From positions 4,030,001 to 4,094,000 of the forward strand of contig NC_043008.1 in the NCBI RefSeq assembly GCF_006345805.1: 64,000 bases of DNA, read 5' to 3'. Of the stretch, positions 27,790 through 42,124 are shown one piece after another. The notes under the pieces were generated by a model. The model saw only the letters and a program-made list of their open reading frames with translations. It was not told the DNA's origin and searched no databases. Source of the stretch: Octopus sinensis. Lineage: Eukaryota. Made by a program: the position numbers and the translations under genes. Every line of letters starts with the position of its first letter. The first letter of the stretch is position 1.

Positions 27790-28650
27790 TCTCTCAATGC
27801 ATTTGTACTTTGTTGCCTATGGAATATGAAAGGTTCATTTCACTCTAGGGTTTTCGTGTGCTCTGCATTCAGGGGCCATGTCTCAATACTGTTTAGTTTT
27901 GCTGTTCACACACAAACATCATACAAACTATCTTTCATTCTGAGAGAGAAAACTTTTGTTACCTACAAAGGTAATAGCTCTCTGAACTTTCTCCAGCCTG
28001 TTCCCTTTCTAGAAATTGTAGGAATTGTAATTTCAGGACATCCTCCTAATCTACTAACTAACCAAAATTATCTACTATTTCTAGAAAAACATCATGGATA
28101 TTCAAGAAAACTTAGTTCCTGTGTGTTCTTATTGTTTATTTTCTTAGCACACCTGTCACATACAAAGTTTACTTTCTGTAACTTCACTTCACTCCTTCTG
28201 TGTCCATTGCTTGCTCTGAACACACCATATGGAACTTCTGCTTTTCTACATATCAAGCAAACCATTTTTCTGTGGGAAGCAATTTGTTTATTTTCTTGCT
28301 TCCTAGAACTTGGATCTTTGTAAGTTCATTTTGAGGCCCTTTGATTCAATGCTTTGCTTCCACACCTGAATTTCTTTCTCTAATTCTACTGTAGATTCAA
28401 GTAGGTTTTCGGCATAAAGGAGTTCTTGTTGACAGCTTACATTAAGATCCTCTGATTTGGTCTGGGGGTGGGGGCTATGATAATTAGGAGGGGACTGAAA
28501 ATCAAATCCCAGAGAACTTCTATCTGCACTTTAAATTTATTACTGTAGTTGTTGCTAGCTCACACAAGTCATTTGTCTTCTCCCAATTTCTGCAGCATCC
28601 ACACCCAATCAGATAATGAGAGATGCTGTTGAAGGCCTTCTCTAAGTAAC
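27790..28650 (-). mobile_element. Decayed RTE-clade LINE (RT and C-terminal region)
   Basis: Minus strand: LEKAFNSIS.., ..CQQELLYAENL.., CLICRK..FVCDRC.., GWRKFRELLPL*VTKVFSLRMKDSLYDVCV*TAKLNSIETW. Confidence 0.75.
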
Positions 28651-28660
28651 AATTAGCTAA

Positions 28661-28692
<32 letters not shown>

Positions 28693-29822
28693 TATCTATA
28701 TGTATTTTAACACATGGTTACTGGCATGAAAAATCAAACAGTCAAAGATTTAACCCCAGTAGAACGAATTGGCATAGAACTACTCTTATAGGAACCGAAT
28801 TGTCACCAAATCTAAGCAACCATTGAAAATGAGGCTCTGAAGAACTAAAAACATCAAATATAAATTTAGTAACTTCATCGTTCAACACTAACTGGAAAAA
28901 ACTAATATGCAAATAATGGAAAAATTTAAATAAAAATGATAAAGCTTGAACATAGACATATATTTCATGAAACATATTTATATATCGTTGCTATTATGCA
29001 AAAGTGTCGTAAGTCCAAAATGCTGTTTTTTCAGAAAATAAAAGAATAGTTTCACCATTGCATTTCTTTTTACATTAGCAACAGTTTCAGCTTAACAATA
29101 ATACCTTTGTTGGTTGCTTAGAATCGTAAATCCATGCATGTCTGATATTTTCATTCAGAAGTATTTTTGCAAAACTGTTGTATTGTGGGGCTTACTACAC
29201 TTTTGGAAAATGCTAAATCAGTGTACTACACTTTGACAATTTTCAACTAAACCAGCTGGAGATACGATAGTTTGACCAAAAGAACCAGCTACTGGAAGCA
29301 AAATTAAATAGTGAATAAAACGCATTTGGCCAAATTTGGACTTACAACAGTTTAACATAATAGCAACGATATGTATTTATGAATATATCATCATACGTCT
29401 ACTTTCACTGCAGGCATGGGTTTGACTGAGGACGGGCAAGCCAGATATACATATTCATGAATATATGTTCATGAATATATATTTATATATGTATCTATGG
29501 ATGTATATTTATGCATATTCATATACGTATCATGAATACTCAACACAGAAAAGTTTATTGCAAAGCACAGATTTTGTACAAGTAGTATTTGTCATTAGTA
29601 AAGATTTCATTGAGGAAAGCTTCAATCCGTTGCCAACAATCTGCCTTTTCTCATTTACGATCTCCTTTATCATCTTTTGATTAGCTGTTATTATCTGAAG
29701 GCAAATCTATGCTTGTAGGTCAGATAGCATTTGAAATATGCATATTTCAGTGAATGAACATTTTATTAAATAGATTGCTTTCGACATATACTCATATGAT
29801 TAAATGGGTATGCTTCTGTGTG

Positions 29823-29829
<7 letters not shown>

Positions 29830-29867
<38 letters not shown>

Positions 29868-29982
29868 TGTATATGTATGTATATGTATATAGTATGTATA
29901 TATATATATATATATATATAAATTAACAATTAAAAATGATAATATGGATACTTAAATATCGATATTATCCTCATATATAAAT

Positions 29983-30014
<32 letters not shown>

Positions 30015-30118
30015 ATATATATATATATATGTATATATATATAGTATGTATATATATATGTATATAGTATTATAGTATGTATATATGTTTGTATATAGTA
30101 TGTATATGTATGTATATG

Positions 30119-30161
<43 letters not shown>

Positions 30162-30163
30162 AT

Positions 30164-30204
<41 letters not shown>

Positions 30205-30404
30205 TATGTATGTATGTATGTATATATATTATATATATATATATATGTATGTATGTATGTATGATATATATATATATTTATATATATATGTATGTATGTA
30301 TATATTATATGTATATATATATATGTATATATATATATGTATGTATGTATTATATATATGTATATATATATATGTATGTATATATATATGTATATATATA
30401 GATG

Positions 30405-30436
<32 letters not shown>

Positions 30437-30590
30437 TGTATATATATAGATGTATGTATGTATATATATATATGTATATATATAGATGTATGTATGTATA
30501 TGTATGTATATATATATATGTATATATATTTATATGTATGTATATATATATATGTATATATATGTATGCATGTATGTATTTATGTAGTGT
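29830..30590. repeat. ~760-bp compound (TA)n/(TATG)n microsatellite
   Basis: Read directly; source of the spurious Y/I/M/C-rich ORFs. Confidence 0.95.
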
Positions 30591-30619
30591 ATGATAGATG
30601 GTTAATAAGTTGGGTGGGG

Positions 30620-31860
30620 ACTTGTAAGAAACAGAAGTCAATGAGGAAGGTGATGAGTGGTGACACCTGAAGAAATGGAAGAAAAAGGAAAAGGCAAGAA
30701 TGAAACCCCAACCCACCAAACAAAAAACAGAAAAGCCCATAGAGGATCCAATGCTATCCAAAACCCTGCAGGAAAGAAGAAATTTGGAAGGCACTCAAGA
30801 ACCTGCAGATTTTACCTGCAAGGTACATGTTGGTATGAGGAAGATGGCAAAAACTGCCGGTTTGCCCACCCAACACCCCGCCAAAACTGCAGGGGCCTTA
30901 TGGAGAAAAACTTCCCCGAGGAAAGACAACGAATGTCTCCAAAGAAAAATTTACAAAAGAAGGGTGCTCTTCAGAGGTTATGCACAAGGCAGCAGCTGAG
31001 CAAGAGTCATTTTTGTACATGGCGCAAAAGATTGTGCAGCAGCTGACCTGGCTAGACCAAGCGCAAACAAGGAACCTGGCCCACGACTGTGCAACTCCAT
31101 CACAGTCAACAGACATGGGATTGCCTCCCCTAACACCTGCACAGTTGTCATGCCAATATTTTTACTAAATATTGGCATCGTGATAAAAGCAAAATTTCTT
31201 TCCTGAGAGAACTTACTGCATGCAATCAAGCCTTATGATTAGCACTTAAAGAAACTCACTTCAGCCCTGATATAGAGGATGCAGAAGTACACGTACCAAA
31301 ATATACCATACTGCAAACAGACAGAAGGGAAAGGAACCATGGTAGAGTTGCTGTATACATTCCATGATGACCTCACACTCCAGGTTTTACTGTCATACTC
31401 AAATTCAGTATGTGACACTCTGATTGTATACATAAGACAACACAATATAGTCATATGCAATACATATTGCCCACCAGATGCTCCAAACCACATAGGCAAG
31501 TTTGAAGATTGCCTCACAAGAACTAAAGAAATCCTCATGAATCTGGAACACCACGTGACCATATTTCTTATGGGTGATTTCAACTTCCCCAACATCAAAT
31601 GGCCCGAACGTCTCATGCTCTCAGGAAAGACTCATTGCAAGCAGGCACAGGTGGACTCCCTGCTTAATCTCACCAATGCCCTATTCATGGAGCAAGCTGT
31701 ACTCAGACCAACTAGGGCGAATAACATTCTGGATCTCTGCTTTACGAACAATATGGACATTATTCATGATGTGAAAGTGACGCCGACATTAGTCTCGGAT
31801 CATAACATAGCAGAGCTGTCTATGTTTGGGCCGAAAGTAACCAGAGACATATAGCCTAAA
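30620..31860 (+). mobile_element. CR1/L2-group LINE 5' part: CCCH-finger ORF1-like region plus AP endonuclease, RT missing
   Basis: CRFYLQGTCWYEEDGKNCRFAHP (CCCH), then LKETHFSPDIEDAE..DRRERNHGRVAVY..YCPPD..MGDFNFPNIKW..PTRANNILDLCFTN..SDHN (APE motifs), with frameshifts and stops. Confidence 0.85.
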
Positions 31861-32039
31861 GGAAGCACCCGGAATCCACAAAAGATTGAAAACAAACAAC
31901 ACACACATAACGGGCTTCTTTCAGTTTCCATTTACCAGATCCACTCACAATGCTTTGCTTGGTAAGGGATTTAGTAGAAGACATATGCCCAAAGTGCCAG
32001 GCAATGGTAATTAAATCCAGAACCAGATAGCTTAAGAAG

Positions 32040-32450
32040 CTTCTTAAGCACAGAACCATCTCAAAATGCTGAGGAATTTCTATGTATTTGACACAGCTGC
32101 CAAATCGCACACAAATCACCCCCTCTCCGTCTTAGGACAGGAAGATCAGGAAGATCCAATAATGTCATCTAAGGTTCATTGCACAGAAGGCAAAGGTGTA
32201 ATAGCTATGGCTAAGATGCCTTTGGCCGTAGCTCTACTAACCAGCAACTAAACAACCACAGCTTTTCTCGGAGTAGTTAGAATGTAGTCTTGGCAGCAGA
32301 GATTTTATCAGAGACGGTGAGAAAGAGACCAAGGTGCATGCTAATAGGAGGCGACAGTTAGCATCAAGTCTGATGACTATTAGTGTAGAGGAGGGAGAAT
32401 TGGCAAGCAGGAGATTATTCTATACAATGTGTCTAATATTGTGATGAACT
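32040..32450 (-). mobile_element. Highly decayed CR1-like LINE fragment (post-endonuclease region)
   Basis: Minus-strand peptides LREKLWLFS.W, LCLLCNEP and KYIEIPQHF weakly recall CR1/Zenon ORF2; many stops. Confidence 0.4.
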
Positions 32451-32598
32451 ACCAAACCTTCCAACATTTTGTTATTAACTTTCTGTCATCATATCTCATT
32501 TTTTGAGAAGGTTATGATGACAGTAAGTTGGTCATAAATATTGCTGTTTTTTACATTTTCTTTTTCAGGTTCAAACAATTCTTGATTATTTTTCTTAA

Positions 32599-32647
<49 letters not shown>

Positions 32648-33249
32648 TGTGTGTATAATTTTATGAAAAGTGACTCCTTCCAAGTTTCGCCAGGAGTTGG
32701 CCTTGACAGACTGCCAGTCTGTTGAGGCTAACTACTGGCATATTTTTTGATGTCACTGTCAATAAAATGATTAAAAACTGATTCTGCATTTAGTAGTCAG
32801 TCGTTTCGTTACTTAATGTTCATTGTTGCACAAAAACAACCTTCCAACTCATCCTTGCATGGAAAAGTGGACCAGAAAGACAATGCTGCTGCTGCTGATG
32901 ATGATGATGAGGAGGAGGAGGAGGAGGAGGAGGCGGAAGAGAAGGAGGGAGAGGGGGAGGAGGAGTCTATATGTTGCAGGCAGCAGCAGAAAGCGTTTGT
33001 TGTACAGGGAAACTAGCCTCACCCCCAAGGGAAAAGGTCTTGTGTACAACTGTTATGTTCCTCCTTTAAGCTCTTGGAAACATGTGGAACAGCTGAATAT
33101 TTTCCAGGCTACATGTTTCTCTCTGTCCACTTCATCCACTCAGAGTATAAGTTCCTTCAATCCAAGGTGCTTCTGCAAGTCAGAATTTCAGTTCTGTTTG
33201 ACCTCTTGTGAAAGTCTCAGATAACATGCACTGCACATGTCAGTCACAT

Positions 33250-34233
33250 GTTAGACCAGTACGTGTGTGTGTGCATACATGTGTAGCATAGTTATATCTA
33301 CATCATTGAGTCAGAGAAACTCACTTTGCAAATTGACAGAAAGCTAGTTCTATTAAGCAATGAAATAAGACATTCTACAGAGAGCCAACCGGTGACCACT
33401 GAGCAAAATCCTCACAGAATGTTAATTAAAGCTATCAGGTCACATACTCCAGCTGTATTCTAAAACATGACATTCTAAAGCAACTTTCTTTCTAATAGAC
33501 ATGACTGGTGGGACTAAGAAAGAAAAACTGAAAAAAGTACACACTACAGAACTTTCACAACTAATGGCTGGGTGCAGAGAAAAACCACAGAAACCAGCAG
33601 AAAGCAGTCATTATTTTGCCACTTAATGTGTTCAAGAGCACAAGAGGAACTTATACTGACACATGTGTATATGATTGATTGATTGATTGATTCTAGTTTC
33701 AGCTCACGAGCTGCGGCCATGCTGGGGCACCGCCATATGTGTATATATGTGTATATATTTTCTTTATTTCCTTTATTTGTTCTAGCCAAAGGTTGTGGCC
33801 GTCTGTAAGCTATTGCAATGTTTTAACAACTTTGTGTGTTCTAACTCAATCTGTTCTGTTGTGTCTGGGGAGAGTCATTTTCTTTTTGTGCTTTATGATT
33901 TAACACACTCACCGGTAAAATTTCCACTTCTTTCTTATTTTTATGTCTTGCAACCTTTTCTGTTGTTTTATTATTATACCCCCCGCCCCTCACACACACA
34001 CACAAACCTGAAAAAGTTGTAAAAAATGTGATGATCTTGCTCAGTGGTCACCGGTTGGCTCTCTGTAGAATGTCTTATTTCATTGCTTAATAGAACTAAC
34101 TTTCTGTCAATTTGCAAAGTGAGTTTCTCTGACTCAGTGATGTAGATATAACTATGCTACACATGTATGCATATGTGCACATGCATGCACACACACATGC
34201 ATGCACATGTGCACACACTCGTACTGGTCTAAC
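33250..34233. repeat. Inverted repeat, ~165-bp arms, ~610-bp spacer
   Basis: 33250-33416 matches the reverse complement of 34027-34233 with about 4 substitutions plus a (TG/CA) microsatellite length difference. Confidence 0.95.
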
Positions 34234-37200
34234 CAAGGTTATTTCCTTGGTTTGCTCTCAAAATTTTACCCAAGCATTACAAACTGAGGTAGAAATGGAT
34301 TCTCTGATTTTGTTTCTATTTAATTTACCATAGGAAAATATGAAATCAATTTCATAATGCATAGAAAGAGAGAAAAATCTCAAATTCAATGGAATAAACA
34401 ATTAGTTTAATTGAATAGTTTCTCTATGAATTCTGAATGATATATTTTTATGCATGAGAGTCTTTTATTCACATGAAAAGAAAATTATACGACATAAGGA
34501 AACAAAATTATATATTGCACAAAATTTTACCATGAGGGACTTTGAGAATTGAGGATAAGAATACATTCTGAGAAGTGATTCTCATCAAAATTAAAGAAAC
34601 TTTTAACACAGAATTTTCTCTGCTGCTAATGAATAATAGCAAGAGGAGAATCGAAATTGGATATGTAAAGCATTATCTTAGACTAATATCTGATTATAGA
34701 ATGGGCAAATTACTGTCTGTTAGCTTTCTGTTGATATCAAAGACATTGAAAAGTTGCTGTTATCCTTCAAATTGGTTTTCAGAACAAGAAAATTTGTCTG
34801 TCTGTGTCGGCATCAGTTTCATACATCTATTGCTGAATTCTTTTCTCTTCAATTGTCTAAGCACTTGGTTATTTTTGTCTAATCTCTTCAGATCATAACA
34901 TTGTTGAAATCTGTTTTGTTTTATTTTATTTCGTTATTTTGTTTTGTTTTGTTTTTTTGTATATCATCAGTTATTTATAAGATTCATTATTTATTTTTAC
35001 AATATTCATTTTCATTTCTTATGTAGATGCTTTTGATTATTGTCATACTACATTTTACACTCCTCATCATTATCATCTGCTTCCTCGTCCACCTCCTCCT
35101 CATCATCATCACCATCATAGCCCATGATTGCTGAAGAGTCATAGAGGATAACCCATGCCAGCATAGAAAATTGATGTTAAATGATGCTGGTGAGGAATCA
35201 GTTAATGAACAGAGGAAATTCTCATTGTTCCTCTCTCAGACTGAAACATTGTTACTGCCACTAATACCATTCCTTTGCATGCATACATACACATAAATAC
35301 ACATACACACATATGCACCCTCAACGCCCACATGTACCAATGAACACCTATTTTCCTATGTTGGATGGGTTTGAAGAAACTTCAGGGAGGTAATTTTTCT
35401 ATGGTTGAATATTCTTTCTTTGACCAACTGCTACTTATTCTTCAAGTTATTGATTCTTTTCATTTGACCAGTCCCCATACTTCTGCAGATTCACTGAGCC
35501 AAAAAATAATTCTATCGTCATCTTTCTCCTTGCCAGTACTAATGATGACACAGTGAAACGATATATAAAAAATTAAACACACGCACACTTATATATAAAC
35601 ACATACCAAGCTTCCTCACAGTTTCCATCTACCAAGCGTACACTACAGTCTTAAGAAATATAATAGTACATTATACAGTGTACTCTTAGGTATAAGATAT
35701 TTGAAAAGACAAAGTGATGGGGAAGTTGTAGCCCTGAAAATTTATCTTCCACCATTTTACATTGTTAAACTCATGAAAATTTTATGAAAGGCATAGATCA
35801 TTAATGTAATGGTTTTCATTATTTAAATATTTCCCATAAGGAAATATTTAAATTGAATAGAGTACTGACAGATGCAAATTTAAAAGCTAGTGTTTTTTTT
35901 TTTTCGTGCCTTTAAATTAAGATGGAACATAGTCTAGACTCCTGTTACTGCAGTTTTTAAAAGTTACATCTACATGCAACCATGCCAGTGAAAGCATGTA
36001 AGTATTAAGTTGTTATTGGCAAAATGTGAATTGCAGTTGTGATGGGAAACTTTGTTGTAGTCTCTTCTTGTGTCATTTGTGGAATGAGATGTTGTCAACC
36101 TGCAGGAACCAACAGTAATCACTCATATTTTAGCTGAAGCTTCTGGTATATTTGCTTTCCATAATGGCAATCTGGTGATTGAAATCCTCACCAACATTCA
36201 CCCTTACAACCCAAAAGTTGGAAGGAAAATGTCAAAATGAGAATTTTAAAAAATGCAGTTTAAGAGATATTCTACATACTTTTCTTTCATAAGAATGCAA
36301 CATGGTATTTACCAGTCTGCAGTAGTTTTCAGCTCTGTGGTTTCCAAGAAAATTTTTAATAACTTAACTAACAAATGTCTATGATCTTCCTTCTATCTCG
36401 CTTAGTTTAGCAGCAGGAAATGATACTACAGATCTCCAGCTTTTAACTTTGCACTATGGCTGCTACATTTACCAGATCCAGTTACTGAAAAGAGGTTCCC
36501 TAATTGGCTCATACTGTAAGCTGATCATTGATAAAGGCTGTGAATTGTCAGAAGAAGCAGAACATTAGTGAAATTGCTTTGTGTTATTTAGTTATGCCCC
36601 ATTACATTCTGAGTTCAGATATCTCCACACTCAATTTATTTTTCATTATCTGATGTCAAGAAATTTGAGGATTTGTGCCTATCTTAAGATTCAATATAGT
36701 AACAAAATTTCATCATGGAAATTAGATATTTGCAAATTTTTGTAAAGTTAAAACTCTTCTGTCTTTGTAATAAAATGTTAGAGAGATAATAAAAAAAATT
36801 CTTTCTTTTTGAATACAAATAAATTATTATCTGAGTTGCAAACCATCATAAAACAAGGTGACTCAGTTTGAGATCAGATGAAGACAATAAGATCTTTTTC
36901 TATGTAATTATGAATATATTTTGAAAAATTGTATCCTCTCCACTTCTCACACATTCCACAAATAGACAATACAATGACAGTTATACTGTAGCTGCTCAGA
37001 AATCATCTCAAAAGAAATAACTGACAGTTTTGAAAGTCAATTTTGAGTACAGCCATCCCATAATTTTAAGTTGTAGACTTAATATCTATCTAAGCTTGGT
37101 GGCCCTCTTCTTTAGTGGAGTCTATGCTTTTGCAAACATTTGCAGTAACGTTTTGGTCTAAGGATAACCTCTTCCTTCCATCAGTCTCTGAGTCCTTTTC

Positions 37201-40200
37201 TGCTCTGATTCAAGCAAAAAAAAAAATAAAGAAAAAGAAAATTAAAAACTGACATATCTGTCATATGATGCTCCATGCTCTCTTGAAGTTGGCAAAAGAA
37301 AGCCAGTGGGATTACAAAACTAAGAAAAGTTTACTGTGTTCCATAACAAAGCCACATGTCATAAATCTACCCTGAAGTACAACAATGTATGTCTGTCAAG
37401 AATCGGACTAATTAGCAATGCAATCACAAGACACAGGCAACAAAGACTTTACATTACATAAAATAACAACTTGGGGGATGTCTAACTTGTTAATGAAGGA
37501 TTCCAAGGGTATGCTACATTTACACATGCACAAACATATATTACACTTATGTCTGTGTGTATATGTATATATATACACACACACATTCATAGACACATAC
37601 ATGCTTAAATAGACATAAAAGAATATCAAACATTAAAATCAGTAATTTAAGAGAGAATACCAGAAGCTGCTTGGCAGATCTCAAACCATTTGCCTACTGA
37701 TTGTAGCACATTGAGCTTAACTAATTGGAGAGAGAGAGAGAGAAGACTTGTATTTTTAAATGTTTATCTGCCATTGGACTGTATTTCTCAGTCTTCACAA
37801 TTAGCTCACTGTGTGTGTGTGTGTGTGTGTGTGATATTTACACCTGTATATACATGTAAATGCACTTTATTCTTGTATCAGTTTCAGTCATTGGACTGAG
37901 GCCATGCTAGAATGTTGCTTTGACACATTTCAGCTGAACGTATCAACTCCACTGGTCATTCCAGTCTGATGCTTATATTATGACTCACTATTAATGAATG
38001 ACTATTATCTTTTTTGACGTAAAGGAACTCAACCCACACATAATTTTATGTTTCTCTCAGTATAGACAAACATGACACATGAACATACATACATACAAGC
38101 ATCGACACACATACACACACACTTATACAACGGGCTTTCACAGTTTCATAGACTAAATATTAATCCCAGAGCAGTAGTCATCAAAGAGTGTGGCAGACGA
38201 TTACTTTGTCAAGCAAACTTCTTAAACATATGTGCCCAGATGTGTGTGTGTGTGTGTGTGTATGTGTGTGTGTGAGAGAGAGAAATATGATAGATAAATA
38301 TCATCACCATCAAAGCTTTCACATCTGCTTTTCCATGCTTGCATAGGCCGGAGGGAATTCATTGATGTAGATTTTCTATGGTCAAATGCTCTTTTTGTCA
38401 CCAATCTTTCCAAGTAATGTAATACTTCTCCATGGCTGGATATGTTTTTTTACAGAAGATCAGAAACAAAGCACACTGCATCCATAATAGTGATGTTTGC
38501 TTTACAACTGGAAAGATGGGGAGAGATAACACACACACACATACAAACACACGAGTACACACACACACGTGCATGCATATGCAAGTTGCAGGCAAGGCTG
38601 TGTGGTAAGACATTCGCTTCCCAACCACATGGTTCTGGGTTCAGTCTGTGGCACCTCATGCAAGTGTCTTCTACTATAGCCTTCGGCCTTGTGAGTGGAT
38701 TTGGGAGATGGAAGCCGAAACGAAACACAGATATGTATATATCTTCTGTGTGTCTTTGTCCTCCACCACCACCACCACCAACACGTGACAACTGATGTTA
38801 TCACTCTGGCTTGAAAGACTATGTTCTGGGTTTCAAGTCATTTTACTAGAAATTCTTCAAAGATGCAAGAAGGTTATGATTGATCCTCTCAGTAGCAATA
38901 TCATCTGGATAGTCTTAAGTCATAGATTCCTGTTATCTTTGTATGATTTTTTTTGCTTTTAAGTTTCCAAGATAACTGCAACAAGTACAACATGGAAAAT
39001 AATATCCAGTAAAACTTCCCCTTATTTAACACTTCTCATTCTGTCCACAGATCTACTTGTGCTAACATTAGTTTTCATAAGATTGTGAATCTTCATATCA
39101 AGATTTGGAGAGAATAATGTAATCCTTTTCAACAAGGTTGCCCTCTAACACTTTACAAATGAAAGGTGTATGCTATAAAAAGCCTTGCTAACTGAATTAT
39201 TGAATTCAAATGATTTTAGAGTAATTTTCTGCAATGAAAACAATTGTTCTATGGTGTCTCTCCACTTAGACTTTAATGAGATTAAAATTCTCTAAATTAT
39301 CTATTTCTATTCCATTTATATCTATTTTCTGCCATACAAAATACCCATTTTCTATAATTTCTTGAAACATTTAAAGGGCTCTTTAGAATATTCTTAACTA
39401 TATACATGTACAGTTTTGAAATTTTCTTCAATTTATAAAAGTAGAGAAATTTCCAGAAGCATTATTTATAGATTCATATTCCTCTTCAAAGAACTTTTCT
39501 ACGTAAACTTTTTACTGTCTCAGTTTCTGAAAATCAAACAACAATAAAACAAAACTTACACAGGAATCAAACAAGACAAAAATCTCCAAAGAACTAAAGA
39601 AATCTTTCATTTTGGTACGGTTTATTTAAAAAGGAAAAAAAATCAAACTGCTCTTTTAAATATTACATCCCTTTTGGATATAAATATCTTACATTTTAGG
39701 TTCCAGCCCTCTCTTTGTAGGAAGGAGACTCTCCTGCTACAAGTATTGGTTTCATTGTGAACCATAAACTGGCCATCTGGGGTAAAAAGTACATATGAAG
39801 CAGATTAATCTTGTCAAAGAATTTTTTTCACTTATATTTTGTAATGGGTGAATTTTTTTCAGAGGTTTTAATTCCACTGAATATTTTCTAAGTAGACAAT
39901 TGTTGTTACACTAACCATTATTTCGTGTCTTATGAAGTGTTTGTTATGAGGAGTTTATCCATCAGATACAAACCTGTGAGAATCTATCAGACCCTGCTGA
40001 TATGGGTTTTTAAATACTTAATTTTGTCTTTAGTTGTTTTATTTTTATCCTAAATTAAGATAAAAGAAAGCAACAGATGTTAAATTAAAAGGGGAAGAAA
40101 ACAATAATGTAAATTATTCTAATAAAATAAGATTCGTAGATACATAATAGTTTCTCCTTAAACTTTTGTTCTTGTATTATAATATAGGACTCTAATAATA

Positions 40201-41450
40201 CAGGACTCTTTGTTCCTATATTAAAGAATATTGGGTATTATTTTTCATGTTTGAATTAAATCATTATATAGAATCTAACAACTGTGTTTCGATGAGACTA
40301 TTATATATTATTGAAAATTCTGAAGATTGAATTAAATCATTACATCAAAGAATTTTATGTTTCTAATGAAATTATTGTGCAAAGGTAAAGATTGTTGGGT
40401 TTTAATAAAAATTATTGAAAAAGTTTCATAAAAATATTTCTTTGAAAGGAAAAGAAAATTGCAAGAGAAATTTGATTCCTACAAAATGAATTTTTCCCAT
40501 ATCAAACAAATAATTCTCTCCACCATCCCTGTCTACCTCTCCTTCAAAAATGAAAATGCAAAAAGAAAAGAATGAAAACCTTTTACTATTCTGAAATATG
40601 CTATTGAAAAGATATTTTATAAATGTATTGTACATCACTTCAGTCAAATGTTACACTTCTCCACTCAAGTTAACCTTACTTTGATACTGTTACACAAAAA
40701 CATTCTGCATGCCACCATCATTTCAGATTATTTCCCTCATAAGAAATTACTTCAAAACAGTTTCTGTTGACAACCTTAGTAGGTTGTGATAGTTGCAGGA
40801 AGTTTTATTTTTGATATTTCATACGTGAATTTTATGTTTTATCAAATTGTATTTAATTCAATTAAAGAAAAGAAAAAAGAAATACAAATCTGCATGAAAT
40901 AGAAGGTTTTATTTCTTGTTCTATAATTTCAGTTCATGTCTACAATAGATTAGAGAAATATAAATTAAACCTAGTACTTGTGACTGGTCCTTTATTTTAT
41001 CAATTGTAGAAGGGTGAAAAACAAAGTGGCTTAGTGGGGATTTGAAATCAGAACATGGAGGACCATAAGGTTCATTGCTCAATGCATCTAACAATTTGGA
41101 CAGTTACGCTTCATGGTTTGGCTTTTGGTCACACTTGACCAAGTATATACTAAATTAAAAGCATTGCGGGTTTTTGGTGTTTTTTATTTCTCTTGCAGGG
41201 CTCAGTGTATTTAGAATTATAAAAAAAAATGTTTATTTTATTGTCACATAGCAAATATTAGGGTGTTTTAATTATAAATGTCTAAACATTTTTCCTGTAA
41301 AATTAAATATTGACATTGGTTTTCAAGATGTTTTCTTTTCTCTTCAAAATTGAAATCAACCCTATAATAAAATTTCATAAAATTACTAAATATTAAAACT
41401 ATTTTATAACCTCAATATTTTCATATTTTCTTGTTTTCTCTTTGTTATAG

Positions 41451-41483
41451 GTAAGTGTATGCATACAGATGGCACTTGTCAAG
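41451..41483 (+). other. Candidate recursive splice site or 33-nt micro-exon
   Basis: tattttcttgttttctctttgttatag|GTAAGTGTATGCATACAGATGGCACTTGTCAAG|gtaaag; two open frames, GKCMHTDGTCQ or VSVCIQMALVK. Confidence 0.5.
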
Positions 41484-42124
41484 GTAAAGTTTTCATTACC
41501 TTATTTATGAATTTATGTACAAATGTTTTCATTAAGGGAGCTGTTTATTAAAAGCACAGATAAAATAGTTATTGTTATCAAAATTAAGTATTTTGATTTG
41601 AAATGAATTACAAATTATCCACTTACTATAATCAAAGCTCTGGATATTCTTATCAAAATATTTAAGTAAACTATGATTAGTCATTGTTGGTTTTATGACA
41701 ACATTCTCTTGTATTTCAATCATTTCTAGAGTATGAAGGAACATCAGCCTTCATTCTGTTCTTCTCTGATGGAATCTTTGAAAGAAAACCCTAACAAAGA
41801 AACTGTGACTTTCAAATTTGTGTACATTATATTTTCTATTGAATTACTCTGGCTAAAATTTAAAGTAGGGAACTATTAAAACATTCTCAAAGACAATAGT
41901 AAATAAGAAACTTTAAGAATCTGTTGTATTAAATTCTATAAAACAAATCTGACATTGAAAAAACAAGACACACAGTAATGAGAACATAAATGTAAGAGAG
42001 TCTGAAGTGAGATCAGTCAGCTTTGAATATTGGGTTTGGCCCGGTTTCTTTCAGCTTTTACTTGTTTCAGCCGTTGTACTGTGGCAGTGTTAGGGGCACC
42101 ACTTTGGTGGAAGATTTCAATTCA

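Noticed and set aside
29952-30794. Long ORFs rich in Y/I/H/T/C/V here and at ~20000-21000, 45600-46260, 51900-52430, 55300-55700 and 57500-57780
   Set aside because: Translations of (TA)n, (CA)n and triplet microsatellites, not genes.
32030-32049. Perfect 20-bp palindrome gcttaagaagcttcttaagc
   Set aside because: Sits at a transposon-fragment junction; likely a repair or template-switch scar.
32569-32598. Acceptor plus VQTILDYFS* (PIP-box-like), and acceptor at 55023 plus HDPQRNELLILDLI*
   Set aside because: Isolated short frames; strong polypyrimidine-AG sites arise often by chance in this composition.
40284-40325. cgatgag-actattatat..-gaaa hammerhead-like string
   Set aside because: Core lacks the conserved U and stem II does not pair.
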